From the NCBI RefSeq assembly GCF_026210795.1, contig NC_089429.1:1674001-1738000 (forward strand): DNA of 64,000 bases, read 5' to 3'. A program made the translations under genes and the position numbers. The notes under the pieces were generated by a model. That model saw only the letters and a list, made by a program, of their open reading frames with translations. It had not been told where the DNA came from and ran no database searches. Numbering within the stretch: position 1 is the stretch's first letter; each line of letters begins with the position of its first letter. This DNA is from Rhizophagus irregularis. Taxonomy: Eukaryota. This document shows positions 55,601-64,000 of the stretch, piece after piece.

Positions 55601-57510
55601 TATAATGATTTTGACATTAAATAACACTTTATCTCTCTAATCAATAACTGATCAATCACAATTAAATTAAATTACCAGAATGTGAGTATAAGATTTCATG
55701 ATTATTTTTAAATCAAAGTTTCATAATGATTTTATTATTTAATAACACTTCATTTCCTCTAATCAATAACTGGTCAATCACAATTCAATTAATCAGAAAG
55801 TAAGTGAATTATTTTTTAAAATTAAAGTTCCATAATAATTTGTTATTAAATAATACAACATTTTTCTAAACAATTACATTCAATTAAATTACCAGTGAGT
55901 GAGTATTAACTTTAACAATTATTTTTAAAATTAAAGTTTCTGTCATTAAATAACATTTTTCTAATTAATCACTGATTAATCACAATTCAATTAAATTACC
56001 AGACGGTAAATGCATCATTTTAAAATCAAAGTTTCATAGTGATTTTATCATTTAATAACACATCATTTCTCTAACCAATTACTGGTCAATCACAATTCAA
56101 TTAATCAGAAAGTTAGTAAATTATTTTTTAAAATTGAAGTCTCATAATAATTTGTCATTAAATAATACATCTTTTTTCTAATCATTTACTGATTAACAAT
56201 GATTCAATTAAATTACCAGTGAGTGAGTATTAAACTTTAATAGTAATTTTTTAAAATTAAAGTTTCTGTCATTAAATAACACATCATTTTTCTAATCAAT
56301 CACTGATTAATCATAATTCAATTAAATTACCAGACGGTAAATGCATCATTTTAAAATCAAAGTTTCATAATGATTTTATTATTAAATAACACTTCATTCT
56401 CTAATCAATTGCTGATCAATCACAATTTAATTAAATTACCAGACCGTGAGTATAAGTTTTCATAAGCATTTTTAAAATTATGATTTTGTCATTAAATAAC
56501 CTGATCAAATACTGATCAATTACAATTCCAGTCGGTAAGTATTCATTTTTAAAATTAGAGTTTCAATAATGATTTGTTATTAGATAATTCATCATTTTTC
56601 TAATCAATTGCTGATCAATCACAATTCAATTAAATTACCAGTCGGTAAGTGTTCATTTTTAAAATCAGAGTTTTATAATGATTTATTATTAGATAATTCA
56701 TCATTTCTCTAACAAATTGCTGATCAATCACAATTCAATTAAATTGCCAGTCGGTAAGTATTTATTTTTTAAAATCAAAGTTTCATAATGGTTTGTTATT
56801 AGATAACTGAATTCATTATTTCTCTAACAAATTGCTGATTAATTACAAATTCAATTACATTACCAGTCAGTAAGTATTCATTTTTTAAAATTAAAATTTC
56901 ATAATGATTTGTTATTAGATAATTGAATTCATCATTTTTCTAATCAATTACTGATTGATAATCACAATTTAATAACATTACCAGTGCGTGAGTATAAGAA
57001 GATTTTATGATCATTTTTAAAAATCAAAGTTTCATCATGATATTGTCATTAAATAACACTTCATTTCTCCTGATTAATTACAATTCAATTAAATTATTAG
57101 TATGTAAGTATAGGGTTTCATGATCATTTTCAAAATCAAAGTTTCATAATTATATTTTATCATTAAATAACACTTCATTTCTCTAATCAATTACTAACCA
57201 TTATAATTTAATTAATCAGAAAGTAAGTGAATTATTTTTAAAATTAAAGTCTCATAATAATTTGTCATTAATAATACATCATTTCTCTAATCAATTGCTG
57301 ATCAATCACAATTCAATTAAATTACCAGAGGGTAAGTGCATCATTTTCAAAATAAAGTTTTATGATGATTTGTTATCAAATAACACATTATTCTCTAATC
57401 AATTACTGATCAATTACAATTCAATTAAATTACCAGAGGGTAAGTGCATCACTTTTAAAATCAGAGGTTCAATATGATTTTATCATTAAATAACACTTCA
57501 TTTCTCTAAT
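49671..57510 (+). repeat. Tandem array of 70 units (spacing 89-132 bp), each an intron plus a 3-nt microexon
   Basis: Consensus GTRAGTA...AAAATCAAAGTTTCATAATGATTTTATCATTAAATAACACTTCATTTCTCTAATCAATTACTGATCAATCACAATTCAATTAAATTACCAG|NNN. By my count 70/70 units keep GT and 69/70 keep AG, spaced exactly 3 nt apart. Confidence 0.9.
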
Positions 57511-60428
57511 CAATGGGTAATTTTATAATCTACAATCATCACAAATTAGCATTAGTAATCAAGGAGAACTTCAAAGTTAGTAAATTTGATTATATTAATT
57601 AACTTTTAAATATTAATAATTTATTTTATTAATCTGAAGGAAAATTGGAAGATGAAATAAACAAACTATCAGTACAAAGACAAATTCTGGCAGAAGATTA
57701 TAAAGAGCAAATAAAAGTTCATATTAGAGAAACTGATAAAAAATATCACAATCAAAATGTTCAATTGCAAGAAGAGATTATTAAAAGACAAGAAAAAATT
57801 AAAGAAAAGGAAAATGAAATAGCAACACTTCAGCAAAATTCTCAAAAATTAACCAAAGAAAAAAATGAACTAGAAGATAAATTAAATAAAAAAATAAGTG
57901 AGTTAGAAATTGAATTAACAAAAAAGGAAAAAATTATTGAAGTAGATAAAAAAGTCATTTATAAATATGAATACTCAAACAACTTATTACAAGAACAAAA
58001 GGAAAAATTGGAAAATGAATTAAGCAATTTAAAAGGCCAAAATCAAATTATCAAGGAAGATTTAATTCGAATTCAAGAGCATGTAAAGGTTAATACAGAA
58101 ATCAGCCAAAAACAAAATTCTCAATTACAAGAACAGATAGTTAAAAAACAAGAAATAATTAAACAAAAGGATAATGAAATAACAGCTCTTCAGCAAAGTT
58201 CTCAAAATTTGAACAAAGAAAAAACTGAACTAAAAGAGGAAATAACAGCTCTTCAGCAAAGTTCTCAAAATTTGAACAAAGAAAAAACTGAACTAAAAGA
58301 GGAAATAACAGCTCTTCAGCAAAGTTCTCAAAATTTGAACAAAGAAAAAACTGAACTAAAATTGGAAATAACAGCTCTTCAGCAAAGTTCTCAAAATTTG
58401 AACAAAGATAAAACTGAACTAAAATTGGAAATAACAGCTCTTCAGCAAAGTTCTCAAAATTTGGTTAAAGAAAAAACTGAACTAAAAGTGGAACTAACAG
58501 TAAAGGAAAGAATTATTGAAGTGGCAAATGAAAACTTAAACAACTTACAAGAAGAAAAAGGAAAATTGGAAAATGAAATAAACAAATTAAAGGAGAAAAA
58601 TCAAACTATTGAGAAAGATTTAATCCAAGTTCAAGAGCAAATAAAAGCTAATATAAAAATCAACCAAAAACAAAATGATCAATTACTACAAGAAAAAATT
58701 AAACAAAAAGAAAACGAAATAGCAACACTTCAACAAAATTCTCAAAACATAACTAAAGAAAAAACTAGACTAGAAGAGGAATTGGATAAGAAAATAAGCG
58801 AATTAGAAATTGAATTAGTAAAAAAGGAAAAAATCATTGAAACAGCTAATAAAGAAACTGCCTATTATCATGAAAGATCAAATCACTTACAAGAAGAAAA
58901 AGAAGAATTGGAAGATGAACTAGAGACACTGGAAAAGGAACTAAATCATGAAATAAAAATATTAATCAAAAATAAAGAAGAAAAACAACAAAAAATAAAT
59001 GAATTAGCTGAAGAAATGGAAAAAGAAAGATTGAGGCTAGTAAAAGTAGAAGAGGAATTAATTAAGGCTGATGAAATATTAAAAAATACTCAAATTGAAT
59101 TAGAACTTAGACAAAGTAGTGAAGAGCGGGAATTAATTATTTCTAAGGTTAAAGAATTGAAGAATAATATCAAGCAACTGGAAATTAAAAATGAAGAAAG
59201 TAAACAAAGTTTAGTTAACACACAAAGTAAATTGTCTGAAATTGAAGCCATACCATTTATCACTGATAAAATAAATAAACTTACCAAAAACAAAATTAAG
59301 CAAAAAAAAGAGTTAGAAAAGCTGAAGGAAGAATTGAAAAGTAATCAAGAACAATTAGAAAATATGGAAAAGAAGCTTAATAATAAGTTAAAGGAAATGG
59401 GGCAAATAGGTAAATTTACTATTAATATTAGTAGCAAGAATATAGCTAAACTAGGAGAATTGGTTAAAGAAAAAGAAGAATTAATCGAAAAAATTGACAA
59501 ATTAAAAAAAAATAAACTAGAAAAAGAAGAAAAAATAAAAAAACTTATGGAGAAAATTCAAGATGAAGACTGGAAGAAAAAGTGTCAAGGATTTCAGGAA
59601 ATAATAGACAAGAAAAATCAGATAATAGAAGAATTTACTAAAAAACTACCTAGAAAAATATTACTAATTGGTTGCACAGGTAGTGGTAAATCTACTTTGG
59701 CTAATGTATTGACTAGTACTAACAAATTTAAAGAAAGCAACTATTCTATTAGCCAAACTAAAACAATCCAAAGATGTCAATTTGTTGAAAAGGAGATAAT
59801 CTATGAAGTAATTGATACTATTGGCTTAAATGATACTAAACTAAGTCGGGAAGATATTTTATATAAATTAGCTGAGTTGGCTCGTGAATTAAAGGATGGT
59901 TTGCATCAAATTCTTTTAGTTAATAATGGCCGCTTTACTGAGGAAGAAATCCAAGTTTATAAAATACTAGAAACTGTTCTTTTTGATGAAAATGTGAAAA
60001 ACTATACCACAATTGTACGAACTAACTTTGAGAAGTTTGAAGATGAGGAAGAATGCCAAAACAATCAAAGATTATTAATTGAAGAAAAATCTCGAATAAT
60101 GGCCATAATTAAAAACTGTAATTTTTTTATTCATTTAGATAATCCTTCAAATGATATTAGTAAAAGAAAAAAGTCAAAAGCTATCCTATTAAACCATTTG
60201 AATAAGCAGATAGGAGTTTACAGGCCAAGTAACTTGGAAAAATTAAATGAAAGAATTATGGATTATATGAAAAATGAGAACCGAGAACTAGTTATTCAGG
60301 AAATGGATAAGCATGTTTCGAAATTTGAAGATAAATTATCTAATTTAGGACAAATTGGCTCATTTATTTCTGGATTAGCAGCAGTAGCAGCTATTATTGT
60401 TCCATTGGTTTCTTGTAATATAATGTAG
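49679..60428 (+). CDS. Predicted ~1006-aa protein: microexon-encoded Pro-rich N-terminus + long coiled coil + AIG1/GIMAP GTPase + C-terminal hydrophobic segment and CaaX
   Basis: ATG formed as AT(49679-49680)|G(49786); 3-nt exons up to 57437-57439; 26-nt exon 57550-57575; terminal exon 57640-60428. All junctions are in frame, with no stop. Confidence 0.72.
57640..60428 (+). CDS. Terminal exon: coiled coil + AIG1/GIMAP-family GTPase domain (~59650-60230)
   Basis: ILLIGCTGSGKSTLANVL (P-loop), SQTK (G2), VIDTIG (G3), GRFTEEE (AIG1 conserved box); ends GLAAVAAIIVPLVSCNIM*. The track ORF begins at TTG with an in-frame TAA at 57630-57632, so upstream exons are needed. Confidence 0.92.
58176..58490 (+). 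repeat. Coding 63-bp tandem repeat x5 (EITALQQSSQNLNKEKTELK[E/L/V])
   Basis: Five nearly identical 21-aa (3-heptad) copies within the coiled coil. Confidence 0.95.
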
Positions 60429-60801
60429 ATCAAAAATCTTCTCTTTAGACAATGGTGGTATGTATAATCAGGAGGTTTTGGAAAGGTATATACAGTCAAA
60501 CCTTTATATAATGATATGTCATGACATTTTTAGGAAATATCGTTATATCAAAGTTATACCAATATTTATATGCCCTCACATATAGTGGGAAAATAAAGTT
60601 TTATCAGTATATCAAGTTTTTAATAGTATATCAGTATATTGAATATTGGTATATCGAAACTGTATAGGAAGTTTATGTGATATATAAATAACATTTTATC
60701 AATAATAAATATAATTATAACAATAATATTCTAATTTTGACTTAGAATTTGAATCTGTCATCTGTACTTTATGATATCTTCATATCCATTTCAATATTTT
60801 A

Positions 60802-61116
60802 GGTCACACAAATTCGATTTTTCGGTTCACTTCACCCGGCCAGGTCACTTTTTCAAATTTCAATAAAAAAAAGTTTATATAAAAAGTTTATCATGTGATC
60901 AGAGCGTGATTTTATTGGCGGGTAAGTTTATCATGTGGCTGAGAACTTCTGGAGAGAATTAATTACCCTCCCCTTTAAAAGTAAATTAATCAGATGTCCC
61001 GATTTTATATATATAAACTTATTTATTATTAATAAACAATGAACCCAGGTCCCCAGGTACCCAGGTCGATTTTAAGTTTCAATGTTATGTGAACTGAAAA
61101 ATTGAATTTGTGTGCC
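60802..61116. mobile_element. MITE-like element (~315 bp)
   Basis: Imperfect TIRs GGTCACACAAATTCGATTTTTCGGTTCAC / GTGAACTGAAAAATTGAATTTGTGTGCC. Confidence 0.7.
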
Positions 61117-63228
61117 TTTTAAATTTTACATTAAAAGTAAATACTATTAGTAAATTTTTCAGTTATGGATCCCTAAGAATTCCTTAGAATATTCTAAAAT
61201 CCTTAAAGATCTGATAATTTGTTGGTTCCTTAAATTCTTTCAACCCATTATAAAGACCTTTAAGGATTCTATAAATCATTGGATCTTTAAGTATAGAATC
61301 TTTAAGGAATTTTTGTAAATTGAATGGCGCAGTCAGATCATTAAAAAGTACCAGTCAAAAATCAAGATTGGCAAATTTACCAATTTCCAGATAGTTTATT
61401 ATTGTTAAAGAAAGTTTTAATGAAACTTTATTTTTAACAGAATTAATTTCTGATATTTTTCACTATTAAACTAGAGCTAATTGAAATTATATGGCCATTA
61501 TTTTTGACGAATTCTGATTTGTTTGACTTACTTTACGAGGCTTTTTATTATTTTTTCAGTCTTTATCTGATTATGGTAATAATTATTTATTACAAATCCA
61601 AGCAAAAAACAACGTGCCAATTTTTGATATCCAGATATATAATTGCATTTCAACCTATTAATAAGTCTTTAACTAAATTTTTTAAACGCAACTTCATGCA
61701 TATTTCTTACAACTGTTGTATACTCAATTTTATTTAATTTCATCCAATTTATCTGTAGAGTCAGTAAGAACACACCAATTTGCTAATAATTGATCAATTT
61801 CAAATAGTAAGTTTGACAATCATCATATGCACCTATTACCTATAAATGTTTTGTAAGTTTATCGTCTAGTTCTTTTATTCTTTGTTTCTTTTCAGCTCCT
61901 TCTTTAATAAAAAAACTAAATTATTTTAATTTTCCCTCAAAATTTTAAATTAATATCCATATATGATTTGGATTTCAAGAAACCATTCTCTTGAAGCACA
62001 ATATAAGAAGTAGCTAATAAAGATGCTACCATGTAAAGATTCTTTGGAATTTTAATTATTTTTGAATTTATCTAATAATTTACATGTCTCACTATTATTA
62101 TTCACGATATATAGGTTAAAGTTTCATTTCTTATTTTAAAATTTAATGATGGTAATTTTGTGATTATTTTATTTGATATCTCAATATTTCATGTAAGTCA
62201 GTATAAATAATTAAATCTTATTTATATTGTTTATAATATCATATTTATATTATAATTTATTCATTAATTATTGGATAAACTTGAATGGAATCGCAACTTA
62301 TCTTATATTATACTAATAGATATAACAACAAAATATCGTATAAATTATAATCAATTAATCGATCAATTATATCTTTGCTCATATAATATCATGTTATTTA
62401 AAAATCGATTCCATAAAAAAATAAAGGGATTTTTTTTTTAGTATCTTTTATATTATTAAATTAATGATCACTTTTTCTTTGTATTTTTATTAAATTCATT
62501 GTAATCTTTATTTGAATTTTTTAATTGTATATTGCTTGTCATTGTCTCATTGAATTCATTGTATTATTTGAACTTTTTAATCGTGTATTGTTTGTATTGT
62601 TTAATTTTTATTATTATTATTAAATTTTTCTTTATACTTTTTTGAATTCATTAAATTTTTTACTCGTGTAATGTATTGTAATAATATAAACTGTTATTTC
62701 ATTTAAATTATTGTTATTTATAATTTTATATTTTAAATATATATTTTAAATATATATAAAACTATCTTTTCATTATAAAAAGATCATTATCTATTATAAT
62801 ATTATAAAATCATATAACAAATTCATGATTTATATGATAGTTCGCTCAATTTATTTAATACCAAATACATACGTTCCAATTATATTAAAAAGTGTTTATT
62901 TAAAAATCGCGAGACAGAAGTAAAAAAAATTGATGACTTTTCTTATACCTACATATGTTTTAGATAATTTTGAAAACAGTTGTGTAAAACAAACACCAAA
63001 TTTATTTTATTCAGAATTAGGGATGGGCAACAGTTCGGTCATGGTCGGTCATAAGTGATGCAGTTGGAACTGTCCCAATGAATTGGCCGGCATATAGTGG
63101 ATTGTGACCACAGTTACGGCAAAACCATGTGAAACTCAATGTGCCGATAATGTTATTAATGCCGTAACTTTTACTGTGGCCAATGACGCCGCCGTAGAGT
63201 ATAAATAGTCTAAGTAGATAGCATAAAA

Positions 63229-63998
63229 TAGAGGTTTGGACCGGTTAAGCTTAACCGGTTAATTAACCGGTTAAAACATTTGTTAACTGGTTACAGCAAA
63301 TTTCAAAATATACGGGACACTTGAGAAATTTGATTGTCGGGTTGTCGGGTAGCCGGGTTACTCGGCAGTAGGTTGTTTATTAGAAAAGTATAAATAACAC
63401 GTGACGAGTATAATGAATAGTAGTATATCAGATTATATAATAACCTACTGCCGGCTACCCGACAACCCGACAATCAAATTTCTCAAGTGTCCCGTATATT
63501 TTGAAATTTGCTGTAAAAAACAATTTTTAACCGGTTAAATTATCCGGTTAAATTATCCGGTTAAATTAATCGGTTAAATTAATCGGTTAAATTAACTGGT
63601 TAAAATACTGAAAAATATTTGTAATTCTGGCCAAATTTACAGTGCCGGCCAGAATTATAAATCACGGGACTTCAGATAAAAGTTTAGCCACCAGGTTAGA
63701 TACTAACGACGAGGTGGTGGAATTTTTGTGTTATATAAAATTCATAATGCGGGCCAAAATTCATAGTGCCGGCCAGACAATTTGGCCTGAATTTCGTCTT
63801 TCAGCTAAAGTTTCGTTTCGATTAGTTAGAGTTTTGATCTGGCCTAATTTTGGCCGGGATTAAAAATATATTTGATGCTAATCCTGGCCGAATTTTAATG
63901 CTGGCTAGGATTGAGTTTTAACCGGTTAATTAACCGGTTAAAGGTTTGGTTAACCGGTTATTAACCGTTAAGACTTTTTGGACCGGTTCCAACCTCTA
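63229..63998. mobile_element. hAT-type non-autonomous element with AACCGGTT subterminal repeats
   Basis: TIRs TAGAGGTTTGGACCGGT / ACCGGTTCCAACCTCTA. Left flank is GCATAAAA and the right flank begins GC at the window end, consistent with an 8-bp TSD. Confidence 0.8.
63294..63513. mobile_element. Nested TA-flanked foldback MITE with ~70-80-bp TIRs
   Basis: CAGCAAATTTCAAAATATACGGGACACTTGAGAAATTTGATTGTCGGGTTGTCGGGTAGCCGG is matched by its reverse complement ending at 63513; TA on both sides. Confidence 0.85.
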
Positions 63999-64000
63999 GC

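Noticed and set aside
57262..57477. 71-aa ORF in the track
   Set aside because: Chance read-through of two intron repeat units, starting at TTG.
49671..57510. CRISPR array or plain non-coding satellite
   Set aside because: The context is eukaryotic with no cas genes, and the variable part is only 3 nt. Near-invariant AG/GT and a single open frame that joins the downstream ORF favour the microexon reading.
57645..57647. TTG as the start of the AIG1 protein
   Set aside because: Non-ATG start in a eukaryotic gene; an AAG acceptor at 57637-57639 links it in frame to upstream exons.
61500..62040. Minus-strand decayed coding-like segment
   Set aside because: Multiple stops and no diagnostic motif.

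Overview
Very AT-rich eukaryotic DNA with short GT-AG introns. The gene families (expanded TKL-like kinases, F-box/LRR proteins, BTB-SPRY, AIG1 GTPase, Myb) and the TE landscape suggest an arbuscular mycorrhizal fungus (Glomeromycotina, Rhizophagus-like); this is inference. The window holds four kinase loci (one intact-looking, three disrupted), F-box/LRR genes and relics, a BTB-SPRY gene, an FAD monooxygenase pseudogene, a spliced Myb-like gene missing from the ORF track, a recent non-autonomous LTR element, LINE 3' fragments and several MITEs. The main observation is at 49.68-57.44 kb. What looks like a ~110-bp satellite is an array of 70 units, each reading AG | 3 nt | GT: a chain of ~70 three-nucleotide microexons separated by near-identical introns. 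Joined by hand, they form an ATG across the first junction and are open in only one frame, giving a Pro-rich peptide (MDERLWEELEESLKGLLPPTIPPPPPLPGRLPLGTKIPSPPPLPGRLPIKKI(P)INERNERPRRRHAIKGG). That frame splices through a 26-nt exon into the large coiled-coil + AIG1/GIMAP GTPase exon ending in a CaaX box. This is a candidate 'one exon = one amino acid' gene able to diversify the N-terminus of an immunity-associated GTPase. It needs transcript confirmation. All alignments and counts were done by eye.
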